DNA of 64,000 nt, from assembly GCF_000315625.1 (NCBI RefSeq), contig NW_005434576.1, forward strand, positions 124,001-188,000. Direction: 5' to 3'. Below, piece after piece: positions 49,793 through 64,000 of the stretch (the stretch's first letter is position 1; each line of letters opens with the position of its first letter). The notes under the pieces were generated by a model, which saw only the letters and a list, made by a program, of their open reading frames with translations, was not told where the DNA came from and did no database searches. Source of the DNA: Guillardia theta CCMP2712 (taxonomy: Eukaryota > Protista > Cryptophyta). Position numbers and translations under genes: made by a program.

Positions 49793-52700
49793 TCAAGGAA
49801 GCGCTCCCTGCCCGACGATCTTCGCTCCCAGGCACTGACCGTAGAGGCCGATGCAGGCATAAACATTGGGAGGGAGATCATCGAAGGCCAGCCCCTGCTG
49901 CACGATGAGCCAGCGGCAGGAGCAGGAGCCTCTTGGTTACCTGCTGCCTCCCGTTGATGAGAAAAGAGAGTCTGGGGCCATCGCGGATGACGCGGATCTG
50001 GTCGAGGAGGATCAGGAGGAGGGCAGAGGAGGGTCAGAGAAGAGGATCATGAGCAGGAGAGCGCAGCAGAGGGGAGGGAGGGACACATGCAGGTTAAGAT
50101 CTGGCCAAGGCAGAAAGCCCAGGAAGGGCAGGGGAGCGAAGCGGGTGGGAAGGACGTCCGGCTTACTTCATCAGCAGTGTTGAGCTTGCCAAGGCCAAAC
50201 TTGCGATCTCCAGGCATCTTGAGAGGCGAAGAGGTCAGATTGAAGACATCATCGATAGCTCAGAGAGCCACCACAGAGTTTGCAAGCTATCATCACCATC
50301 ACCACCACCATCACCATCACTATCACTATCACCACCACCATCACCATCAGCACCATCACCACCACCAGCAGCATCGCAGTAATCATCATCATCATCATGA
50401 TCCATCTCCGTCGTTGTCATCGTTATCAGCAGCAGCAGCAGCATCGCAAGAAGGCATGTGGTCATGCTTACAAGCTTGAAACTATGCTCGTTGACCGAGG
50501 GTTTTTCGTCGAAAAGAATCCATGTGTCTGCATTGGGAAGCCCTGCCAGAACAAATCACTAATGACGATGATGGAGCCAGGAGGAGGAGGAGGAGGAGGA
50601 GGAGGAGGATGAAGGAGGAGGAGGAGGACGAAGGAGGAGGAGGAGGAGGAGGAGGAGGAGGAGGACGAGGACGAGGAGGAGGACGAGGACGAGGACGAGG
50701 ACGAGGAGGAAGAGGAGAAGGAGGAGGAGGAGGAGGAGGAGGAGGAGGAGGATGATGAAGGAGGAGGAGGAGGAGGAGGAGGAGGAGGAGGAGGAGGAGG
50801 AGGAGGAGGAGGAGGAGGAGGGAAAGTGATGGCTCGCTCCTCTTGGTGGTTCTAGAGGAAACTTACCAGTAGCAGGCTCTTTGAAAGGATGGTGGGCGGA
50901 NNNNNNNNNNNNNNNNNNNNNNNNNNNNNNNNNNNNNNNNNNNNNNNNNNNNNNNNNNNNNNNNNNNNNNNNNNNNNNNNNNNNNNNNNNNNNNNNNNNN
51001 AGCCATCACAGTCTCCCAATACATATTGACATGTGAACCAACAAAACAATAATAATGATTGCCTTTATAGACTAAACGTTTTCTTTCCTCATTGCTTGAC
51101 AGCTCACCGTAGGCGCACTGGTCAAATCTATCATCACTTTGATTCAAAGGCAGCTTACGTGAGATGTTTGAAGTGAGAGAATGTCGTAGGGTTATAACCA
51201 CCCCTTACAGATGTTGAGCTCCAGGAGGAGAAGGTGGAGGAGGAGGAGGAGGAGGAGGAGGAGGAGGAAGGAAAGTGATGCTCGCTCATCTTGTGGTTCT
51301 AGAGGAAACTTACCAGTAGCAGTCTCTTTGAAAGGATGTTGGGCGAAGGAAGTGACTCCAACCTAAAAAAAGGTCAAATGGACGAGGAGGACAGTCAGTT
51401 GAGTCAACCTTGAGTCCTCCCTGAAATTCGCCCCTCTTCTTTGCACGTTTCATGATGCGAATCTCCCACCACCAACGCTGAAGAGGAAATAGTGAGTAAA
51501 AGAGAAGAGAGGGGGGGAAGGGGGAGCGAGAGCGAGGGAACAAGGGGGATGGATAAGGGGAGGTGCGAGGATATTCACGATATGTGACACGGCAGAGGAA
51601 GGGAGTTAGCAGAATGAAGACGAGAGCTGCAGAACATCTTGTGACCTGAGGAACTTGCTCTGTTGAGATTGCAAACGTCTCAAACCCTTCAGTTCTCTTT
51701 ATCATCGACCCGTTCTTCTCAAATTGCGGCGGCGAATTGATCTTTGCCTGCGATATTCGTCACCAGCTACTGCTCCTGCTTCTGCTCCTCCTCTTCTTCA
51801 TACTGTGACTTTCACTGCTGTAGGTGCTGTTCGGATTGCTACGTTTCTATCACCATGATCTCCATCATCGTCATCTCAACATCTGACATTCATATCTCTA
51901 TCATTCACATCGTCTGATATTAATATCTCTGTCATTCACATCGTCTCGATCATCACGTCTATGATAATCATCTACATCTATGACAACATTTTACGCCTCC
52001 GTCCTCGTCATGGAATTTCGTCTGTCGTGAGCTTTACCTCTTCATTCCATCTTATACATGGCCTCCATTTCGCCGTCATGAATCGCAACTTCACCTTCCT
52101 GTGCAGTTTTCAGTCGCGCGGGTCACGATAAATAATCAAACGACTTGTCGAAATGCGAGAAGAAATGTTCCCTCCAGCCTGCAGGCAAGACGTTCTTGGC
52201 AATCTGAGAAAGGGATTATCATAGCAAGAACGTCTGTTGAGATTTTGATCACCTCCTCACATTCCAGCTTCACCAACAGACGCGATCTGTTCGTCAAGAG
52301 TGCGAAGGTGTCAAAAAGAGCGCACACATGACAAGACAGGAGATTCCTCCCACACTTCTCACTTTCTCTCTGACTTTTCAATCTTTGCTTGTGATTTTGA
52401 CATATTGAGCGCCTTCAGCACAGCCTTGACGAATAAATTGTCAAACGAAGAAAGAGAGGAAGAGGGGGAGAGGGAATCAGAGATGTAAAGGAGGACACAA
52501 TGAGCAACGTACCGCTTTCTTCGCTTTTTCGTCAATGCCAGAGATGCAAAGTGTAGGATAATGCTCAAGAACTTCCGAGGACGATGAAGACGAAGACGAA
52601 GAGGAGCCCATACTTCTCTTGGCAATCTTTGACAATGTCAATCTCAACCTGGCGCAAGGAACAGTCTTGTACCTGTAGCATGACCTTGTCTCCTTTTATC

Positions 52701-53190
52701 ATCTTTCCGTTCATCGTCATAGCAAAGCTAGCTGACTCGTCCTGTTGAAAAGTCTCAACAACTTTGCCACTTGTCAGGCGCTTCTCTCACCCATTCAAAC
52801 TCCACGATGGCGAAATCATTGATTTTCGGAACCCTCTTCTCCACCCTCCTCTTGGATCGGATGATCCTAATGTATCGGATGGGCCCAAAAGGTGAGAAAG
52901 TCTTGGCAAGATGCCTTTTCTTCACTCTAACGGTCATGTTCAAGTCAGCAAGCACGTCAACAGATTCATCTTCGTCTTCTCACTTCTTTGACAGCCCGAT
53001 GACTAGCAGATCTCCTTTCCGCGTCTGAACCTCCTCGACCGTCGTCTCGTTGGCTGGGAGAAGCTTTGGAGAGGACGTTGATTTCTGCGTGAAGGCAGTC
53101 AGGTGGAGAAGGAACGTGTGACGGTGACAATGAACTGTTGGGAAGGGAAAGAGGAATTACTATGATAAGAGCGCTGACCGAACGTGCAAC

Positions 53191-53231
<41 letters not shown>

Positions 53232-53298
53232 GGAGGAGGAGGAGGAGGAGGAGGAGGAGGAGGAGGAGGAGGAGGTGGTGGTGGTGGTGGTGGACGAA

Positions 53299-53333
<35 letters not shown>

Positions 53334-55825
53334 AGCAACATCAACAGCAGCAGGGGCAAGAGCAGGAGCAAGACAAGGCAAAGGAAGAGAGAGAAAGAGG
53401 GGGGGGGTTCAAAGAGACAAGAGATGATGGAGGTTCCAACTTACATCATGAAGTAATGCTCTCGTGTTGTTCAATTTGTTCCATTTGATTGACTTGGTCG
53501 GTGCTGAAAGAAATTAGCAAGAGAGAAAATACTCACGATCGTGATAACAATCACTAACAGCTCCTCTATCATGATTTCCATCATCAACATCGCAACCACA
53601 CCAAGTTTAACAATCATAATCTTTTGAAATCATTATCTCAATGTCCATGAATACAACAACAATAAACATCATCCTCTACATCTCCATCCTCCTCGTCCTC
53701 CTCCTCCTAATCCTCCTCCTCCTCCTCCTCCTCCTCATCATCATCATCATCATCATCATTTACAACAAAACATCATCATCATCAACAACAACAGCAAGTC
53801 ATCATCGTCTCACGTAAATTCAACGGACGCCATGGCTGGCGAGCTTCTTTGTCAAGGATGGATTCGAAGTAATCTGCTCCAATCCTTCCGGTGAGAGACG
53901 GGAGGTCTTCCTCTTGCCACGTCATCTGCGTGTAAGGTGAGAGGGGAAAGCCGGAAGAATGCGTGAGGGAAGGGCAAAGGCAGGAAGGAAGGGAAGAAGT
54001 CAGGAGGAGGAGGGGAGGAGGAGGAGGAGGAGCGGGGGGAGGGGGATGGTGATGGTGATGGTGATGACGACGACGACGATGATGACGAGGAGGAGGGAGG
54101 GGGAGGGGGAAGAGGAGGGGACAGGAAAGTAGGGAGATCCTGAGGCGTATCTGCAGTCGCACCTTGAGGTATATCCTCCCGTAACTCATCAGGATTCCTT
54201 CCCTTCCTCTCTTCTCGGGGCCGTTTTCCATGCCCCGTAAGACACACTGGAGTTCGCCTTTTTCCCTCTTCTGCCACAAGACGCCCTCTATCGTCTTGTT
54301 CTCGAACAGGCGACTGATGCCCTTGGAGTAGGATTGATTGACATGCTCTGGGCCCACTGAGTCTTCATCGTAGATAAGTACAGGGGCAACAATGGGGGAG
54401 GGAGGGAGCTGAAGACGGCAGAAGCAGCAGGGTCATCACATCAAGAGCAAGAAGAGGAGCAGGGGTGAGTACAGGTCCAGGAGCTAGAGAAGGAGGAGGA
54501 TTGAGGAGGAGGAGGATTGAGGAGGAGGAGGAGGAGGGGGAACGGAATCTCTTTCAAGATAGGATCTCTGCAAGATAAAGCTGACGACAGCAACGGCCTG
54601 ATGACTCACCGGCAGGGAAAAATCTCAATCTCACTGTCACAGGCTTCAGAGTCTTAACGTCCTCGACGTCCCGGCTCGAGATCTCCAACCCAAGGAACAG
54701 AGTTGCGCTAGACTGATACATCTGAATCAACCAGGGCCCGACCAAGAGGTTGGAATGAGACGGGAATCGAAAGATTTCCTGCTTCTCTCCGTCACGACAC
54801 CTCGGAACCAAAGACACCCTCACCTTGTTCGATGATTGTTTGAGCCCTCGAGAAGGCTGTTTGCTAAGTTTCGATGAAGTCAACTTCCGCTCTTTCACCT
54901 TCTTCTTCTCTTTCTCCCTGCCCTTCGTATCGAGTCGTCTCCTCTTTGGCAGCGTCTCCGACCGGCTCTCCTCCTGGATATCGTCGCTCACCTCCACCTC
55001 TTGTGTGTGCGAAGCTGAAAAATTCTGATGATATGCATGTCATGGCGATGAAGGTGAGCAAGAGCACGTACAGATTCTCCGCGCACAGATCCTCTTCGGC
55101 CAAGCTTCTACAAACAGCATCAGACTTTGTTCACTCTTCCCCTTCCCCCTCACCGGCGGGCAGGCGGGTCCAATCATAACCTCCTCCTCCTTCTCCTCCT
55201 CCTCCTCCTTCACTTCCTCTCTGCCATCTCGGATCGACAGGTCACTCGATGTGTCCGACATGTCCCAGTCGTCCTCCTGAGACCTCACTACCTTTACTCC
55301 GCTCTCTGTCACGAGCTTCTGATCCTTCCACACCACCCTCTGCCTCGACCCTCGCTGGCCCTTCACTGTTGCCACCTTCCCGTCCCTCACTCGTTGCAGG
55401 ACGTGGTCATACGCTCGCTGCGACAGAACGATCGATCTAGCTCGCGTGCTTGTTTCTTGTTTCACATCCCTTGCGCTTGTCTCATGCTCAGAACCTTCTC
55501 GGCTCTTCAGCGGTATACGACTCCTTGGGGTCTTGGACTTGCGAGCGGAGAGCAGGGAGGGAGAGACGTCCTTCATCTCGGGGGAGTGTCCCTGCAACCT
55601 CCTGCTCCTCTTCACTGTTGGTGTCTTGGGTGAGTCTATCCCTCCTCGAAGCCTCAGGCTGCATCGCAGCATGGGGTGCGCTGCTTTCAAAGGGTTGTTG
55701 CCGCATGCGTGCGGGGCGACAACCAGATCACTGTTGACCCCTGATCGTGTGAGAACCAAGAAGTTCGTGTGAACAAGGAAGAAGAGGAAGAGTCTTAGCA
55801 GACAAGATCTCTCTCGTGCAGGCAT
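49793..55825 (-). CDS. Large multi-exon protein: signal peptide, LRLRGG, basic low-complexity region, RRM, C-terminal NHR/SPRY-like domain (may be two genes)
   Basis: N-terminus MPARERSCLLRLFLFFLVHTNFLVL...CSLRLRGG; RRM HLAKTFSPFGPIRYIRII...DFAIVEFE...MNGKMI; C-terminal WWWEIRI...LKVGVT and IRVIRDGPRLSFLINGRQQ/GLAFDDLPPNVYACIGLYGQC; stop 49795-49793. Confidence 0.6.
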
Positions 55826-56278
55826 GCTCTCTCCAGCTCCAGCCCATGCACACACACCAACAACCTGTCTCAACTGCAAACCGGCTGTTTCAATCTCGGA
55901 TCATGAAGAAGTCTCCGTGCTGATCGGTGAAGGTGTGGAGGGCTCAGGTCTCTGCAAGGTCTTCCACTATCTGCCTCTCATCCCTCCTCCTCCTCCTCTC
56001 CGCCCCTTCGACTCCATGCCCCCTCCCGCCTCTTTCTCGCCGCCGGCATCGAGGTATCCGGCCGCATCTCCTTTTTTATGTGTAAAAGGGTTTTCTTGAA
56101 AATTACAGCCGGGTCAAACAGCTAGCAAGATCCGGCCGGCGTCAAATGGTGGAAGTTGGAAGGGATGGAGGAGGAGGAGGAGGAGGAGGAGAGAAGAGAG
56201 ACAGAAGAGAAGACTGGCATGAGAGCATGGCAAAGTCGAGCTGACTGGATGACGGTCAACTCAAGAAGGCAGGATAGG

Positions 56279-59479
<3,201 letters not shown>

Positions 59480-59578
59480 GGGAGTACAGCAGAGGAGGAA
59501 GGGATAGAGGAGGAGGAGGAGGAGGAGGAGGAGAGGGAGGAGGAGCCTACTGATAAAAAAATCGTCTAGATTACAATG

Positions 59579-59986
59579 TTATGAGCATGGGATTACACAG
59601 ACTTCTTGTCCTGCTGGCAGTGAGAAGTTGGAGGTGTCGAGGTCCGGGTTGAGCTGCAGCAGGCTGACGAGATTCGTGTCTGCGATGATGCAGATCAGGG
59701 GAGGAGAGGGGGAGAGAGAGGGGGAGAGGGGAGGAGAAGAGGAGGGAGAGGAGAACAGAGCAGAGGGGAGACGGGAGAGGGGCTGGGAGGAGAGGGCAAT
59801 GGCAAGGGAGGACAGGAAAGGGGGAGGGAGGGGGACGGGAAGAGCGGGGAGGAGGATTGGGAGTGAAGGGAGTGCGCGAAAAAACGGGCAGAGGTGGGGC
59901 GGGCGATGAGAAAGAGAGCAGAAGAGGAGGGGAGGGGGGGACGGAAGGAGGGTGACGAAGACAAGAGGGAGGAGGAGGAGGACGGC

Positions 59987-60024
<38 letters not shown>

Positions 60025-61427
60025 AGAGATTACGGAAGCGGGAGGACACGTCAAGCAAGGTTTCTCCCTTCTTGGTCCGGTAGATCATTCCCACGTTGAG
60101 GACAGTCGAGTTGCCGTCAGTCGCAACAAAGAAGGGATCTTCGATGGTCTGAGAGCAGGCGGGTGAGAGAGGAGGAGACGAGTGAGAGAAGTTAGAGGAG
60201 GAGGAGTGAAGTCAGAGGAGGAGGAAGAGGTAGGCGCAAGGGGGATGGGAAGGGTGAGAAGAAGTGAAGGGAGATGAAGGGGAGGAATTGGAGCAAGACG
60301 AGGAGGGTAGAAAGAGGATGGAGGAGGAGGATTGAGGAGGAACGAGAGAGGTCGGCGGGTGGGGGGATGGTGGGGAGGGAAACAGACAGACTGAGAGAGA
60401 CTGAGAGAGGAAGAGGAGGAGGAGGAGGAGGAGGAGGAGGAGAGCATTGAAAAGTTCCTACCGGCGTTCGCGGGTCTCCATCCTCGTTGCCGTTCACCGC
60501 CCACAGGCGAAGCCAATTCATGCCGGGAAGAAAGAAGCGCATCTGATGAGATGAGTGAGATGAGGAGGGGAGCAGGAGGGGAGCAGGAGAGGAGCAGGAG
60601 GAAGGTACGGAGAGAAGGGAGGAGGAGGAGGAGGAAAGAAAGACTGAGAGCAGAGGAGGGAGGAGGAGGGAGAAGGGGAAAGAGGAAGTGGGAGGGACGA
60701 TGGGGGAAGAGGAGGAGCGGAAGGGGTGGAGGAAGCAGCGTGACGGAGACCTGAGACAGGAGAGTCTCCCCTGTAGCAATGCAGTACTTGCAGCGCTGAA
60801 CGTGAATAACGAGGCATCGTTCTCCTCCTCCTCCTCCTCCTGCGTAGATCGTCTGAGGGTCCCCAAAGGCTCCTCCACCGAATCCTCGTGCTCTGAGGAC
60901 CATACACATCCTCGTCACCGAGCCCTCGGTCCCTATAGGAGGGCTCCACTGAAGGACAGTCTGGGTAGCAGTGCTGAGGAGGGAGGAGGAGGAGAGCAGA
61001 GTCATGCCGTCCAGGAGGGGAGTGGAGGAGCTGGGGAGGATCTCGACGAGGTAGTGATCGGAGGAAGCGAAGAAGTAGTAGCGCTCCTGGCAGCCGACAT
61101 GCGCCGCCACGACTGTGCCCTGGGAGGAAGCGATCGTTTCGTTGGACCAGGAGACGATCGCTGGTTGGACTTCGACCTTGACACAGTGCGGGAGGCCGTA
61201 GAAGCCGCGGGAAGTCGCGAGGCGGCTCGGGGAGGAGAGGAGGTGAGGGAACGTTTGGAGGCAGATGGAGGAAGAGTCCTTGGCGAGGAAGCAGAACCTG
61301 AGAAAGGGGGTCAAAGGATGATGGGAGTGCAGGGAGGGAGGGAGGGAAGGAGGGAGGGAGGGAGGGAGGGAGGGGGAGCAGCAGCAGCAGCAGGACGGCA
61401 AAGAAAGAATTTTAGTAGCAGTAGGAT

Positions 61428-61484
<57 letters not shown>

Positions 61485-64000
61485 CAGTGGTACCTGTACA
61501 CCCTTCCGTCCTCTCCTCCCATGGGCGTCCACCTCAGCTGCCTGACCGCCTCCACACACGACCCGGGACCCCCCGAGACGTTCTGACCCGAGGGGGTGGT
61601 TATGCTAACACAGGAGCTGGGGGTGAGCTGGGAGGCAGTTGGAAGGCCGGGATCCTCTAGAGTGACAATCTCGACGTCGTCTCCAGAGTTTGGATCCCTT
61701 GCTCGCATGCTGAACGCGACCTGCCTTCCTACGTAGGCTGAGAAGAGGCTGGTGCCGTTGCCCATCATGTTCAGATCTTGAGCAGGGAAGGGAGAGTCGA
61801 GGAGGTTGGAAGAGTGGCGGAGGAAGACGGGGGGGCCTTGGAAGTTGATGGAGTGACAGCGGAGGGAAGTGTTGTTGAGGCCCCTGCCTCGGTAGACTGC
61901 CTGTGAGGAGCGAGTGAGGTGAGGAGGAGGAGGAGGAGGAGGAGGAGGAGGAGGAGGAGGAGGACGAGGAGGAGAGTGACAAGGGGGGGAGGAGAGGAAG
62001 TGTGGAAGTGAGATGAGCAGGAAGGAAGGTTCGAGTGACAAAAAAGGAAGAGGAGAATAGAGGGAGAATGAAGAAAACGTGAAAGGCATCGGGGGGAGCG
62101 GAGGGGAAAGGAAGGAAAGGGAGGGAGGAGGGAGAGGGAGAGTAGAGGGGAGGGAGGGAGAGAGGGGGGAGGAGGTAGGACGGGTGGTAGGGCAGTTGAA
62201 CTTGTCTCGTTGACCTGGTTGTCTGTGGCGAGCAGGCAAGCGACGCGAGGAGAGATGAACTGACTGTAGAAATATTCGCCAGGAAGTCCTTCAGACACCT
62301 GAAACGAGGAAGAGAAAGAAGAGAAGGTGAAGGAGAAGGAGAAGGAGAGGGAGAGGGAGAAGACGCAAAGCAGAAAGTTACAGGATTATGTTGACAGAAA
62401 AAAGAAAACATGGAGGACAGGACGAGAAGAGAGGAGAAAGAGGAGGAGAGAGGTAGACCAGAGGAAGTGTAGGGAGGAGGAGGAGGAGGATCATGATATT
62501 GATGAAGAGGACAAGGAGGACGAGGACGAGGACGAGGGTACAACAAAACATCTCACCTGCGAGTACGTCTCGGTAACAACAGGCGACTCTCCTCCTCCTC
62601 TCCTCCCATACTTTACGCTCACGTTCAGATAGACAAGGGCCGTCCTACAGGTCTCATCGTAGACGTGCAGGAGGCTGGACGGGCGCCGATCGCAGGAGGA
62701 GGAGGGGTGGTGAGTGTAGAGGGAGATGGAGTGGACAGAGTCGTCGAGGAAGTAGACGTTGGAACGGTTCGTGTCGTTGAGCACCTGCAGCTCCACTGTC
62801 TCCCCTCGATCGTCGTCGAAGGCCTCAAATTGGAACTCTGCTGCAGCGGCTGCTCCGTACTGGGATGTGTTAGAGAGCAGGAAAGAGAAGGAAGGGAAAG
62901 GGAAAGGGAAAGGGAAAGGGAAAGGAAGAGAAGAAGGAGATAGAAGGGACAGGGAAGGATCGAGAGGAGGGAGAGGGAGGGAGACAACGGAGGGAGACAA
63001 CGGAGGAGGAAGGAAGAGGAGTGATGGAGGGGATAGAGAAGAGCGATTGGTAAGGGGAAGACAGGGTCAGAAGACTGGTGTGATGCAGAAAAGGAGAGCG
63101 CGAATAGATCAACTGGAGGAAGAAGCAACGCGAAGGAGAGAGGGAGGGCTAGGAGCAGCAGCTAGTTGAGGAGGACCAACCAGGGACGAGTTCCCGTCAT
63201 CGTTCCCGAGGGAGGACGAGGACAGCAGGACTGTCTTCTCCTCTTTCCAACAGGCTTGAAGCTCCGTGCACGTCGATCGCAACGTCGAGACATCGGGGAC
63301 TCCCTGCAGCACGTTGTCGAGGGTCTGAAAAGTCTTGAAGAAGCATCCTGAAGCATCCTCTGACAATCTCGTCAGTCCACTCCGGCCCCTGCTCCTGCCC
63401 CTGCTCCTGCCCCTGCTCCTGCCCCTGCTCCTGTTCCCCTACTGACTGCGCTCCTTTCTCAACCACTGTCGTACACACAGCCTCTACCCATCTTCAAGCT
63501 GCCCTCCTCCCTACATCCTTCTTCCCCCTCTCCTCCTTCTCCTTCCCTCATTCTTCTTCGGCCTCTCTCTCTCCTTCTTCTCTTCCTTCATTTCCTCCTT
63601 CTTCTGTCCATTCTCTCCTTCCTGCCTCTCCTCTTGCCTCCCCCCCTCCTCCCCATCACCTGGGATGGTGAACCGAGGGAAGTGACCGACTATCTCCACC
63701 ACCACACAGTGAGGGAGGCTGTAGCAGCTCGATCGGCAGGTCGAGCAGCGGGCCTGGAAGCACAACGAGAGTTTCCTCCCGATGTCAAACTCTGACGGCC
63801 CGGCCATGGATGTCCGCTGCCCGAACACTGACACGGTCAGGGCCTTCACCCCTGCCGCCACCGTCGACTCGTTGAAGGAGTGACACTTGAGGTCGAAGGA
63901 GGAGCCTGTTGTCTTGCGAAAACAACCTTGAACGGACGCGTGCTCCAGGTCGTACTCGATGTTGCCGTCCGTGTTGATCTTCTGGTCACATCGGCTGGTA
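59579..64000 (-). CDS. 3' part of a third large repeat + LysM protein (runs off the right edge)
   Basis: Repeats AYVGRQVAFSMRARD..EDPGLP..LRWTPMGGEDGRVYRFC and LQWSPPIGTEG..MC; LysM-like CIATGETLLSQ and YRTKKGETLLDVSSRFR/TNLVSLLQLNPDL...LPAGQEVCVIPC*. Confidence 0.75.

Noticed and set aside
50790-51350. ~110-bp duplication (50790-50900 vs 51240-51350) suggesting a duplicated exon
   Set aside because: One copy ends at an N gap and carries indels typical of a low-quality contig end; probably an assembly overlap.

Overview
Gene-dense, intron-rich eukaryotic nuclear DNA. It has many short GT-AG introns, introns padded with (GAG)n/(GAGCAG)n/(AGGAG)n microsatellites, and three N gaps. The overall style suggests a cryptophyte alga such as Guillardia theta (inference). 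Most ORFs in the supplied track are microsatellite artefacts or single exons, so genes were rebuilt by manual splicing. Recognisable genes: a membrane-anchored cathepsin B-like protease with a cystatin-like N-domain, a Sly1/Sec1-family SM protein, a UBA + scramblase-like protein, a YIPF6-like protein, three large LysM-terminated proteins, a TMEM128-like protein, a signal peptide-UbL-ubiquitin fusion, WDR47, RPS27 (absent from the ORF track), GNA1, an RRM + NHR/SPRY-like protein and a TTM/CYTH-type RNA 5'-triphosphatase. Three signals stand out. (1) An 11.5-kb block of two convergent LamG-LysM paralogues is bounded by ~160-bp terminal inverted repeats containing the start codon and signal-peptide exon, is flanked by an exact 24-bp direct repeat, and has a second 1.3-kb internal inverted repeat around two different last exons. 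(2) Signal peptides followed by a bare ubiquitin C-terminus (LRLRGG) occur on two otherwise cytosolic-type proteins, alongside a signal peptide-UbL-ubiquitin gene. (3) The capping-type triphosphatase carries a signal peptide. Points 2 and 3 suggest periplastid/nucleomorph-targeted machinery (inference).
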